DNA of 64,000 nt from a virus. Lineage: Duplodnaviria; Caudoviricetes. Both the position numbers and the translations under genes were made by a program. The notes beneath the pieces are model-generated. The model was given only the letters and a program-made list of their open reading frames with translations. It made no database searches and had not been told where the DNA came from. How positions within the stretch are numbered: the first letter of the stretch is position 1; each line of letters begins with the position of its first letter. The stretch is taken from the IMG/VR virus record IMGVR_UViG_3300047557_002497, positions 1,414 to 65,413 of that record, one strand, 5' to 3'. This document shows positions 8,575 to 17,631 of this stretch, one piece after another.

Positions 8575-9503
8575 GAAAACATCTCATTGATAAGAGTTAT
8601 GAAATAGCTTCCATCGATTGACTCTTGATCTTTGTCTTTCAATCTGCCAATCAAGTTAGCGAAGTATGCAGTGTCAACTCCTGTCAATTGCTCTTCAAGA
8701 ATTGTGTAGTTGGTCAGATCAAGTTTGCTGATCTGGAATGCCATCTTGACGTATTGTCCAGCATTGATCTTCCATCCTCTTTGGATGAACTTCTTTGTTC
8801 TGAACAACGAGCATACAGGATACAAAGACCCGAAGTAAACCAAAGTCTTTGACATCAATGAAAGAAGTGCTTTCTCATTGACGATCAAACCATCATCGAA
8901 TGTCCAGTAGTTTGTGCAGTGGATAAAGTCGAAATTCTCATGGATTGCAGAAGGATCTCCATGAAAACGAATGATGATTTGAATCTTGTCACTGAGAGTG
9001 ATCGCGTTTGACGACAAGAAGACTGGACTGTATTTGGGCTTCACATCATCTTCAAGAACGCTGGCAGCTTCTTTCACATAATCTTCACCATTCTCATCTG
9101 GTTCAGATTCGAAGTATCGATAATCAGTCTCTTGTTTCACAGATGAAACTCCAGCAGACTGGACTTTGATCCTGAAACGTTTTCTGTCAAGAGAATCTTT
9201 AAGTTCTTCTGTAAAGATGTCTACTCCGACACCTCCTTGGGTCTTCTTCAGATTCTTGAATTTCTCAACATAGTAGTTTCCAATTTTGACTGTCGTTTCA
9301 TATTCCCTGAAATACAAATCAACATCATTGATCTCTTCACCCAAAAGAAGCGAAGCGATGCATCCTCCGGTGACAATCACATTCTTCCGACATTCAGCAC
9401 GAAGAGCTTCATCTTCAATGCTGCTGAGCCAACCTGTAACCTTACGATTGATTATCAGATTGATCGCTTTTTTCGTTTTTCCCACCTGCATTTTCAGCTC
9501 CAT
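8571..9503 (-). CDS. Pol-beta-superfamily nucleotidyltransferase-like protein
   Basis: VTGGCIASLL...NDVDLYF (GG...DxD) and FDFIHC motifs. Confidence 0.7.
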   Translation of the reverse strand: MELKMQVGKTKKAINLIINRKVTGWLSSIEDEALRAECRKNVIVTGGCIASLLLGEEINDVDLYFREYETTVKIGNYYVEKFKNLKKTQGGVGVDIFTEELKDSLDRKRFRIKVQSAGVSSVKQETDYRYFESEPDENGEDYVKEAASVLEDDVKPKYSPVFLSSNAITLSDKIQIIIRFHGDPSAIHENFDFIHCTNYWTFDDGLIVNEKALLSLMSKTLVYFGSLYPVCSLFRTKKFIQRGWKINAGQYVKMAFQISKLDLTNYTILEEQLTGVDTAYFANLIGRLKDKDQESIDGSYFITLINEMFS

Positions 9504-9672
9504 GTTTACGAAGACAATCTGTTGTTAGACATTTTCCTTCATGATCTACATGAACAAATCCACATCCTTCACAGATAACAGCTACCATCATTCCTTCTTT
9601 GCAATGGCCTTTATGATCTCCGAAGTCTTCTCCAAAGAGTTCGATAGAGCATTGCTTACAGAAGTCAGCCAT
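9442..9672 (-). CDS. small Cys-rich (zinc-binding) protein
   Basis: MADFCKQC...CEGCG...VDHEGKC. Confidence 0.6.
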   Translation of the reverse strand: MADFCKQCSIELFGEDFGDHKGHCKEGMMVAVICEGCGFVHVDHEGKCLTTDCLRKHGAENAGGKNEKSDQSDNQS

Positions 9673-9898
9673 TTGGTGTGAATCTCCCATCAAAGAATTC
9701 TGAACATGGACGAACCCATACCTGATCTCTGTGTGTGTATTCAGAATAGATCACTGAGGGTTGCATGGTCTTCTCGATTATGCCAAAACTGATGATGACA
9801 TAGTTCTTTCCAGTCTTGACATGTGTCCACATATGTGGATATTTTTCTTGAGAAGATGGATCTCGAATTGTCATATCATCTCCCGAGATATGGTTCAA
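9665..9898 (-). CDS. DUF1653-like protein
   Basis: HVKTGKNY...VIY...VWVRPCSEFFDGRF. Confidence 0.7.
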   Translation of the reverse strand: MNHISGDDMTIRDPSSQEKYPHMWTHVKTGKNYVIISFGIIEKTMQPSVIYSEYTHRDQVWVRPCSEFFDGRFTPNG

Positions 9899-10139
9899 GC
9901 TTTTCCAAAGGAACAGCGAACCAGTATTTCATTCGATGATCTGGTGATGCGAATGCTTCAAGCTCTTGTTTGCAATCACAAATTCCAGCAGCAGTGAACA
10001 TTCCATTGTCGACGAGACACACAACCATCGTTCGTGCATTCTCATCAATGTGGGAACTTGGGACCCTTTCCAAGCGTTCTCCGTATTTCTGAAGAAACGC
10101 TTCTTTGCTCATGTCCGGTGGATTTATGTAGAATCCCAT
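9876..10139 (-). CDS. phage hypothetical protein
   Basis: MGFYIN...VCLVDNGMFTAAGI; GGAGA RBS. Confidence 0.6.
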   Translation of the reverse strand: MGFYINPPDMSKEAFLQKYGERLERVPSSHIDENARTMVVCLVDNGMFTAAGICDCKQELEAFASPDHRMKYWFAVPLEKLEPYLGR

Positions 10140-10274
10140 TTCTCTTCTCCAAGAAGGTTACAGTGCTTCGTCCTTTTTCTGTCATGATAACTCCTGCTCC
10201 ATGACAGAAAATACAGCTTGGTCCACCACAATTCTTGCAGCGAACGAAGTGACCAGTATCTGTTAGAACACCAG

Positions 10275-11408
10275 TCATATCTTTTTCACCAATTCGAGGA
10301 TCTTGTCAAACAAGAATTGTTGCATCGCTCTTGTGAGATCACTCAAACCATTCTTTGTGTGTAGAAATTCTTCATAAAGAGTTATTGCAAGAAAATCTGA
10401 TCCATTGGAAATAGTTTGTCTTGCAATATAGATTTCTCCTTTCAAGACTCTAGCATAAACTGCTGCTCCAAGATCTTCAACATATTTGACAATCGAAAAA
10501 TCAATATTGCAATTCAATTTCTCAAGGAGAACCTTAGCTTCTTCAAGAGTTTTCAGTTGAACTTCGTCAAGCTCAAAACTAGCAGAAATATCTTTTCCTG
10601 TTTTCTTCTTCATGTAATCAACCATCTTATTATCAAGCTCACCAAGATTTGATTGAATTGCATGAAGAAAAGATTCAGATGGCTCCCAACAATCTATGAA
10701 ATTTAGATTTCTCTCATAACCTTGACTTTTAATCACACCAACTGCGAGATCAAAATCATCAACAGTTGGAATTTTTGTCCCAAGACGATATTGAGCATCA
10801 TACTGTGATGCGATTGTTCTGTCCTCTGTCAACACCATTGGGCTTGTGAAGTTGTAGGTAAACATAGATTTTGTTTCAAGAGTAAACACTCTAATACCTC
10901 TGTAATAGAGATACTGAGAAGGTCTTCTGTGAATTTCGAGACCATCCGTGACTTTCCATGGCTCATCCATCAAAAAGATAGTTGATCTTTCACCATGAGT
11001 TTTCTCGATCTCTTCACCATCAACTTTGATGATGATATCTTGATCTTCTGGCATAAACGTAATGACTTTGCCATTCTCGTCCATGGCATTGGAGTAAAGC
11101 TCTCGATAAGCCATCCAGACTTCCCAATGCTTTCCAAGATCAGTGGTAAATCCGAGTTTCGTGTCATTGAAATAAACAATATTGAATTCTTTCCCACGAA
11201 TAACATGGGTCCTTGCATTCACAAAAATGATAGGTTCGTTTTTCCTGAAAATTGTAATCCTGTGACCAGTTCTCAAAAGAACTGCCATCGCATATTTGAA
11301 GCCGGTTCCGAACTGACCTATTGGATTGTCATCTTCTTTGACGTTCACTCCCAAAGTTGAAAGTGCATCAAGGTCGATGGTTCCGTTGTTTGCGAAAAAT
11401 ACTGACAT
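10275..11408 (-). CDS. GHKL/HATPase-like ATP-binding protein with permuted motif order
   Basis: IGQFGTGFK G-box followed later by RELYSNAMDE N-box. Confidence 0.65.
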   Translation of the reverse strand: MSVFFANNGTIDLDALSTLGVNVKEDDNPIGQFGTGFKYAMAVLLRTGHRITIFRKNEPIIFVNARTHVIRGKEFNIVYFNDTKLGFTTDLGKHWEVWMAYRELYSNAMDENGKVITFMPEDQDIIIKVDGEEIEKTHGERSTIFLMDEPWKVTDGLEIHRRPSQYLYYRGIRVFTLETKSMFTYNFTSPMVLTEDRTIASQYDAQYRLGTKIPTVDDFDLAVGVIKSQGYERNLNFIDCWEPSESFLHAIQSNLGELDNKMVDYMKKKTGKDISASFELDEVQLKTLEEAKVLLEKLNCNIDFSIVKYVEDLGAAVYARVLKGEIYIARQTISNGSDFLAITLYEEFLHTKNGLSDLTRAMQQFLFDKILELVKKI

Positions 11409-11436
11409 GAGGTTGGGCTCCAGATATTACCATTTT

Positions 11437-11465
11437 AGCTTACTTTACGACAGGCTAAATGACAA
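11437..11465 (-). promoter_or_regulatory. sigma70-like promoter TTGTCA-N17-TAAGCT
   Basis: Directly upstream of 10275..11408. Confidence 0.5.
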
Positions 11466-11685
11466 CTACAAAAACTCCAAAAGTCTCCTCACCATCCATA
11501 ATGTCAAGAACATCTAGATGGTCATTCACCCAAGAATAGAAGGTCTTGTCCTTGATCCACTTATAACGAAAATTAAATTCTGTAGCTTTTGTCTTGAGAA
11601 AGACAGTCCACTTATCTCTTGCTTCCATTGGGACTTGTCCTCCCATTGCTTGCAAGAATCTTTCTCTAAGCTGATCGTGAGTCAT
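11455..11685 (-). CDS. hypothetical protein
   Basis: Packed ORF. Confidence 0.55.
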   Translation of the reverse strand: MTHDQLRERFLQAMGGQVPMEARDKWTVFLKTKATEFNFRYKWIKDKTFYSWVNDHLDVLDIMDGEETFGVFVVVI

Positions 11686-11845
11686 CTACGATATCTTTTA
11701 TCTTCTTGAAAGCAGTGCTCTCTTTTGAAATTTGATTTATTTCTTTTTCAAGATCGTCCCAACGAAGACCCATGTAAGTTGGATGAATAGGCTCAAGCTT
11801 ATCTCTAACAACAGTGAAGAAATGAGAAAGATCGAAAAATTCCAT
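11666..11845 (-). CDS. hypothetical protein
   Basis: ATG 11845 with AAGGA RBS, just after the tRNA 3' end. Confidence 0.55.
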   Translation of the reverse strand: MEFFDLSHFFTVVRDKLEPIHPTYMGLRWDDLEKEINQISKESTAFKKIKDIVDDSRSA

Positions 11846-11866
11846 AGTTTGATTTCCTTTCTTATT

Positions 11867-11942
11867 TGGTAGACCCGAAGGGATTCGAACCCCTGACCTA
11901 AGCATTATGAGTGCCCCGCTCTAACCGCTGAGCTACGAGTCC
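11867..11942 (-). tRNA. tRNA with CAT anticodon (Ile2/lysidine type or elongator Met)
   Basis: GGACTCG TA GCTC...GGGCA CTCATAA TGCTT...TTCGAAT...ACCA; 76 nt with encoded CCA. Confidence 0.9.
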
Positions 11943-11946
11943 ATTA

Positions 11947-12022
11947 TGGCGCGCTCGGAGGGACTCGAACCCCCGGCCAACTGCTTAGAAGGCAGTTGCT
12001 CTATCCACTGAGCTACGAGCGC
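11947..12022 (-). tRNA. tRNA-Arg(TCT)
   Basis: GCGCTCG TA GCTC...ACTGC CTTCTAA GCAGT...TTCGAGT...GCCA; 76 nt with encoded CCA. Confidence 0.95.
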
Positions 12023-12050
12023 AGTCAGGGCGGACTAGCCGCCCCTAAGA

Positions 12051-12575
12051 TTAGTTTCCGTAGACGCCGCCTTGCTTGAGCGAACGTTTGATCTGGAAAC
12101 TGTCATCGATGTTGGCGATGCAGATCGTGTAGGCCATATCATCACCACGCTTGTTCAAGCAGTGATCGATCAACGCCTGACGAGCAGTCAGAAGCGTCAC
12201 TTTGAGAGGTGCGCAGATTGCACCAGTCAAGGTAGAGAAGCACCAGTGAGCCTCACCACCATTGATCGCCGGTGCCATGTAGACATCGCCCATCTTGATA
12301 GTAGCAGAGCCACCAGCGCCACCATTCGCAGTGTTCGAGTTCACGTTCGTGTTCACGTTCGTGGACTCTTGGCTCTGTTGTTGCTGCTGGAACTGCTGCT
12401 GAATTTGGGTGACAGTGAGATCAGCATCAACAGTGATCTTGACTCCGGTGTCAGAGTTGGTGCAAGTTTTGTTCTTCGCACCAGACCAGACCTTGTTGCA
12501 ATTGATGGTTGCATTCGCAGCGCCAGAAAGTCCAACACAGAGAACCAAACCAGCGAGAATAGTTACGATCTTCAT
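12051..12575 (-). CDS. secreted Cys-containing protein with Gln/Asn-rich tract
   Basis: Signal peptide MKIVTILAGLVLCVGLSGAANA; QQQFQQQQQSQ..TNVNTNVNSN tract; AAGGA RBS. Confidence 0.75.
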   Translation of the reverse strand: MKIVTILAGLVLCVGLSGAANATINCNKVWSGAKNKTCTNSDTGVKITVDADLTVTQIQQQFQQQQQSQESTNVNTNVNSNTANGGAGGSATIKMGDVYMAPAINGGEAHWCFSTLTGAICAPLKVTLLTARQALIDHCLNKRGDDMAYTICIANIDDSFQIKRSLKQGGVYGN

Positions 12576-12649
12576 TTCCTTACTTCCCTTTCGTAGCCGA
12601 GCTGAGTGCTCGAGATCGGAGCCTCTTTCAAAGCTCACGACCAGAACAC

Positions 12650-12805
12650 TCACTTCTTGGCAAGTTTCGCAGCAACAAAGACAAGACCGACTGTCAAGAT
12701 GTCAAAGACGAAATCGATCAATGACGGCGTGACAAGCCTCAGTCCCACAAGAGTTGCCGCAGAACTTGTTGACCAAGCAAGAACGTGGTTCCTCAGCCAA
12801 TCCAT
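12650..12805 (-). CDS. small membrane protein (51 aa, MDWLRNHVLAWS...), not in ORF track
   Basis: Translated by hand; ATG overlaps the terB TGA. Confidence 0.6.
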   Translation of the reverse strand: MDWLRNHVLAWSTSSAATLVGLRLVTPSLIDFVFDILTVGLVFVAAKLAKK

Positions 12806-13239
12806 CAGAGATAGCTCTCAAGCTGAAAGCCGAGGATTTTGCCGATGTCCTGGAGAACCTTCTTCTCTTGGGGTTCCATCTCGCCATCAGAATTCGCAAC
12901 GTCGATCGCAATGACGTAAAGCATTTCCAGGTCGTCGGTGCTGGATTTCGCTTTGGCTTCCTCGATCTCACGCTTCAGACCGATCTTTCCAGCAAGACCA
13001 CCCTTGGCGCGTTGGATCATCTTGTTGACAGTCGTTTCAATCTGGGAAGTCGAGAATGCCTTGGAAAGCGTTTCATGGACCAGAAGAGCAGCGAGCATCG
13101 ACTCCACTTCTGCATCTTCGACATCACCGTCCGCTGCTGAAACCATCGCACAGGCAGCAGCGATACCTTCCAACAGATCAGTGCGACCGGCAAGACGTTG
13201 AGCTCCACCAGTGAGTTTCTCTTTCAGTTTTCCGAACAT
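12805..13239 (-). CDS. terB: TerB-family protein
   Basis: AACAMVSAADGDVEDAE and DVANSDGEMEPQEKKVL duplicated ADG motifs. Confidence 0.85.
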   Translation of the reverse strand: MFGKLKEKLTGGAQRLAGRTDLLEGIAAACAMVSAADGDVEDAEVESMLAALLVHETLSKAFSTSQIETTVNKMIQRAKGGLAGKIGLKREIEEAKAKSSTDDLEMLYVIAIDVANSDGEMEPQEKKVLQDIGKILGFQLESYL

Positions 13240-13415
13240 ATCTACATCCTTTGTTGTGATGCATGACTGCATCTCGCAGCGTCCGTGACCGGGCGCTGAA
13301 AGAAGTGGTCATGAGTATTTCTTGTCTGGGTGTTTGATGTCTCTTGCCCAAACCCTATTCTGACGATGATAAAGCACACCATCAGGAATCGATTGATTCT
13401 GCTTTCGCTTTTTCA

Positions 13416-13910
13416 TCAATCGTTGAAAAACGAGAAGTCGTCCTTTTCCACTGCAGATTCTGTTGCTAATTTCTTCATCCTTGATTGACGATCCATTTCA
13501 GCTGCGAGAAGAGCACCTGCCTTCTCAAAGTTTCTCTGTGGCAACGGCGAAGGTTTGAACCAGAAGGTTTCCCACGGCCAGCCTGGAGGCGGCGGTTCAG
13601 TATTGTTGAGGGTATATCCCTGACCTTCAAGTCCAGCTCGAAGATAATGAAGCGCGGCCTTTGCCAACTCACCATTGATATGCAGATCATCATGATGAGC
13701 ATCGAAATACTCTTCGTTCATTTGACGAAGACGTTCCTTTGCTATCTCACCAGCACCAGAAGCCGAAGGCACTCCGACGAGATACTCGACAGTGTATGAA
13801 TCACCAACGAGCTCCTTGATCTCATCATTATCAAGATGTCCATCAAAGAGATAGATCTCACTTTCAACATCATCACTATTTGTTTTGGTCGTAACTTTAG
13901 TGATCAGCAT
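13416..13910 (-). CDS. phage hypothetical protein
   Basis: ERLRQ...HHDD...GELAKAA...WPW...KAGALLAAEMDR, a widespread phage domain. Confidence 0.7.
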   Translation of the reverse strand: MLITKVTTKTNSDDVESEIYLFDGHLDNDEIKELVGDSYTVEYLVGVPSASGAGEIAKERLRQMNEEYFDAHHDDLHINGELAKAALHYLRAGLEGQGYTLNNTEPPPPGWPWETFWFKPSPLPQRNFEKAGALLAAEMDRQSRMKKLATESAVEKDDFSFFND

Positions 13911-14830
13911 CAGAACAAACTCCCTTGTCTATCATCTGGAGGACTCATGTCTTCTTTGTCTCGCATTCCAAGGTAGACTGGGAACCTCGGTGCATCTTTC
14001 GTTCCAACTGCAAAGAACTTATATTTGGCAGTTTTGCCGATTAGATTCTGATGCCACAGTTCAACTCTTTGAGCGTCAGTGAATCCAGTTCCAATTCGGA
14101 CCGACTCGCTCTGCCATCCATGAATTTTCACTTCAATAGCACCAAGCTTATTCATCGGAATAAGATTCTCTTTATGGCCACTTCTTTCAGTGTGTCCGAG
14201 TTCATTTGTCTTCGCTTCGTTGGAGTTGTGCATGAACTCATGGACAGCAATGATCTCACCTTCTGCATCTTCGAAACGCTTGAGTTTGATCAGCTGTCCT
14301 TCTTTGGGCGTCCCTCGTCCATGTTTATACACTGAATATCTGTTGCGAAGTATCAATCCTTCATGACCTTCTGCAAGCTTTTTCTCTTCATACTCACGAA
14401 GCATCTGCATATCGTAAATCATTGATGCCGGAGCAACTTCTACCCAAGAAGGAAGAGAATCAACCTTCTGATACAGAATGTCAAGTCTGGTGTCATAGAC
14501 TTCCTCAGAACTCCAGATATCGAAAACATAGTATTTCACATTCTCAATATCATCATTCGTGAAGCTCATCACAGCAGACGATGTTCTGACATAACAATCT
14601 GGAGCAGTTGGTTCTCCAACAATCATCTCCCCATCCAGACCAATCAAAACATCTGCGTTTCGTCTGATCATAGATTGAAGAACTTCGTTGCGAACAGGTT
14701 TCAAACTGCGAGTGTATCCGTATCCATTGCTTTCAACACCAACACGAATTCCATCGTATTTCGGCTGGACCCACATGGGGAACATAGTCTCGTTACGCTC
14801 TTCCCATTTGCTGGCGAGCATAACTCTCAT
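13910..14830 (-). CDS. lig: ATP-dependent DNA ligase
   Basis: KYDGIR adenylation motif, LDGE, EGLILR, KLK, IGTGF, PRFP. Confidence 0.95.
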   Translation of the reverse strand: MRVMLASKWEERNETMFPMWVQPKYDGIRVGVESNGYGYTRSLKPVRNEVLQSMIRRNADVLIGLDGEMIVGEPTAPDCYVRTSSAVMSFTNDDIENVKYYVFDIWSSEEVYDTRLDILYQKVDSLPSWVEVAPASMIYDMQMLREYEEKKLAEGHEGLILRNRYSVYKHGRGTPKEGQLIKLKRFEDAEGEIIAVHEFMHNSNEAKTNELGHTERSGHKENLIPMNKLGAIEVKIHGWQSESVRIGTGFTDAQRVELWHQNLIGKTAKYKFFAVGTKDAPRFPVYLGMRDKEDMSPPDDRQGSLF

Positions 14831-15087
14831 GCTGGAGTTCCAGTTTTCTTGTTCTCGATGAACTCTTCCCAGGTGATGTATTTCCCATCAATAAAAGTCT
14901 TGCATTGTGTTACATGCAAGGCAACATCAACACCACAATTTTCATAGACATGCTCAAAAGCCCAGAGAGGCTCAGCATCCTCTGCCACACAAGTCTGGCA
15001 GAAACAAAAAGACATCGGGCCAAGCATGGATCCAAATACGCCAACAATATTCGTTTCAGAACCACAAACTTCGCATTTTTGTGACAT
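14827..15087 (-). CDS. small zinc-finger protein
   Basis: CEVC...CQTC; AGGAG RBS. Confidence 0.6.
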   Translation of the reverse strand: MSQKCEVCGSETNIVGVFGSMLGPMSFCFCQTCVAEDAEPLWAFEHVYENCGVDVALHVTQCKTFIDGKYITWEEFIENKKTGTPA

Positions 15088-15209
15088 TACCTGCTCCTAA
15101 ACTAGCATTACTTTAGCTTGTGACGTGTTTGGTGACTATAGCCTTTAGTTCTGGCTATTCTAACGACACGCCTGGACATTGCCAGCGTGCCTATATACAT
15201 GGGGCTTGC

Positions 15210-15231
15210 ACCAACACGTCCAAAACAGTCG
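15210..15231. repeat. inverted copy of 22-bp box (ACCAACACGTCCAAAACAGTCG)
   Basis: Exact reverse complement of 22813-22834 and 36876-36897. Confidence 0.85.
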
Positions 15232-17631
15232 TTAGAAAGGTGGCTCGTTATCTTGTATAATCGGTATCTGCGTAGGATTTTCCCAATTCTGTTTCCCATG
15301 GGCTTTTTCCCAAGAAGCACGACACTTATCGAGACTTCCAAAGTTGTAGAAGTTCGCTCTTCTGGTTTCAAAATGCGTTCTTCTAGTATCATCATACACT
15401 TCAACTTTAATTCGCTTAGAAACTTTTGTGACATGAGGAATTACTCTAGAAAGGAATCTTCCAAGAGTAGTTTCGTTACCACGTCTGTTCTGCTTCCATT
15501 TGTCCATGTATTCAACATAGTCAAGGATTAACTTCTCACATTGAATTTCACTTTCCCACTCTGATTGCTCATTCAAGATAATTCCATCCTGGAGTTTACG
15601 ATACCACCATTCTTCGTCGTAACTCATGGATAGAAGTTTCTGCTCTTGCAAAGCTTCTGTCTGTGGGACGTTTCTGACTTCAAAGCCAGTCAGATCTATT
15701 GATTGCAGATAATAGAGCAGGGCTTCAAATCCACCATTCTCCATCTGCATGTTAATCGCTCTGAAGTAGTCAGCATTTTGTTTCTTTTTGCCACCAACTT
15801 CAAGAACGAAATATCTTCTCTCATCTCCAGTTGCACGAATAACGTGAGGATCGTTTGCTGCCATTATGAGATGAACAAAGTTTGGTGCTGATTCTACATC
15901 ATAGCCTTTCTTTTCAACAGGCAGAGTATCTTCTGTGATAAGCATTTTCAGCACACTTTCGTGTGACTTATCACCAGCGAAAAATGCTTCATCTGCATAT
16001 AGAACAGAACAATCTTGCAAGTGAGCGTTGAAGTTACCGACAAGATGCTTTGCGTTCGCGATATGGATAAAGTGTCTGCCAAAGAGTTTCCCGTATGTTC
16101 TGGCGAACCATCCTTTGCCAGCACCTTTATCACCTCTAAGAACAACTGCAACTTCTCCAGCACCAGCAGGTTCTTGAACACCTCTAGCCATCCAATGTAT
16201 GAGATATTCGTAATAGATTTCATTTCCATTACAGATGTTCTCACGAATATGATCAAGATACAGAGAGCACTCTCCAGGTATAGAATCAAATGCAAATCCT
16301 CTCCAGAGATTATAGACGCCTTCTTTCTCAATCAAAGGCATAAATCTCATGGTGTTGTATTGTCTTCTCATTGGGTGTTCAAGCCAGAATTTTCCCAATG
16401 TGGTGTAGACATCGTTACCTTCCTTGGTCGATCCGATCTTAACTTTCTTATTGAGATATCTTTGTTTGATGCTGTCAAAGCTAGACATCGTTAGTTTAGA
16501 TCGATTATAGGTTTGCCCATTGTGGAGTTTGAGGTTATCATCGACTTCCTCAATCACAACACATTTTCCACCAACGTTTCCAATCACTGCATGACGATCA
16601 TTCATTATCAAAAGTTCTGGACTTTCAGAATATTGTTTTGCTCGCAATATCTGCCGTCTGGCATACTTATCAGCACCAGACTTTAGTTCAAGAACACTTG
16701 AAGAGATCAACCAACCTGGATCAGTTAGAAGACTATAGATAACTCCATCTGGAACACCATGACGTATCAATGAGCAGACACAATCAAAAACCCAAGAGGA
16801 ACGAGAGTTGTCCTTATCCTTCGGCTGATCAGGATGCATCCCTTGGGCAATGATGACTTTAACTCTATCAGAGACATTCCACTGATCTAGTTCTGACAGA
16901 TCCTCAATCTTCTGGATATTCCCAGGAATTTCGAGTGTTCCATCAATCTCTCCATCCATCATAGATGAAGAAGTTTGGACCCCAACAGCTTTCTTGAATT
17001 CTGATATATCGTAAGCATCAGGTGTGAATTGAAGTAGTTTTGCTTCTACCTCAACGCGACCCTTCTTACGCTTCTTTGCATCTGGAATATTGATTGTTCC
17101 AGGAAGACGGCAAATCCTATCAATGTTGAAGCAATGGTCTCCTCCGAAGACTTGTTCAAGTCTCTTATTATAGAGCTCTAGTTCCTCCCAGAGCTTCTCA
17201 GTTCCTTCAACTTTGAATTTGTCCTTTAACCTCCATAGACCCCAGAAGCCATTTCCAGATGCGATAATTGCAGATGGAGCAGGTATTCCCTTTGGAAGCT
17301 TCGTTGTCAGATTTTCAAGGATTGAATTAAGATCTTGTTTAAGATCTTCTTCAGTTAATGCACCACTATCAATATCAACATGCAAGAATTCTGCATGTGA
17401 GATATCTGTCTTTGCAGGTTTTGTTTCAAGAGGATGAGTTGTCGGATTTATCAGGAAATATACGTTCCTGACACCATTCTCTTTCTCAACGAACTTGTAT
17501 GCATCGCTCTCATTGAGAAATGTTTTGAAAGAGACACTTTTCTTATCAACAGCTATTGCACCAAGAGTCCATGGTCCTTCCGGCTTAAGCTTCTTTAGAA
17601 AAGCAATGGACTTACTGCTGTCACCCTTCAT
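15232..17631 (-). CDS. primase-helicase (RepB-like primase plus NrS-1/D5-type helicase)
   Basis: LHVDID, SGNG, RICRLPGTIN; Walker A GDKGAGKG, LYADE. Confidence 0.9.
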   Translation of the reverse strand: MKGDSSKSIAFLKKLKPEGPWTLGAIAVDKKSVSFKTFLNESDAYKFVEKENGVRNVYFLINPTTHPLETKPAKTDISHAEFLHVDIDSGALTEEDLKQDLNSILENLTTKLPKGIPAPSAIIASGNGFWGLWRLKDKFKVEGTEKLWEELELYNKRLEQVFGGDHCFNIDRICRLPGTINIPDAKKRKKGRVEVEAKLLQFTPDAYDISEFKKAVGVQTSSSMMDGEIDGTLEIPGNIQKIEDLSELDQWNVSDRVKVIIAQGMHPDQPKDKDNSRSSWVFDCVCSLIRHGVPDGVIYSLLTDPGWLISSSVLELKSGADKYARRQILRAKQYSESPELLIMNDRHAVIGNVGGKCVVIEEVDDNLKLHNGQTYNRSKLTMSSFDSIKQRYLNKKVKIGSTKEGNDVYTTLGKFWLEHPMRRQYNTMRFMPLIEKEGVYNLWRGFAFDSIPGECSLYLDHIRENICNGNEIYYEYLIHWMARGVQEPAGAGEVAVVLRGDKGAGKGWFARTYGKLFGRHFIHIANAKHLVGNFNAHLQDCSVLYADEAFFAGDKSHESVLKMLITEDTLPVEKKGYDVESAPNFVHLIMAANDPHVIRATGDERRYFVLEVGGKKKQNADYFRAINMQMENGGFEALLYYLQSIDLTGFEVRNVPQTEALQEQKLLSMSYDEEWWYRKLQDGIILNEQSEWESEIQCEKLILDYVEYMDKWKQNRRGNETTLGRFLSRVIPHVTKVSKRIKVEVYDDTRRTHFETRRANFYNFGSLDKCRASWEKAHGKQNWENPTQIPIIQDNEPPF

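Noticed and set aside
11846-11905. N-terminal extension of ORF 11666..11905
   Set aside because: It overlaps the tRNA; ATG 11845 has the RBS.
15108-15434. 108-aa minus-strand ORF
   Set aside because: Mostly an alternative frame of the primase 3' end, with no RBS or motif.
15232-17631. Integrase or lysogeny module
   Set aside because: The motifs are primase and helicase. I recognised no tyrosine or serine recombinase anywhere in the window.
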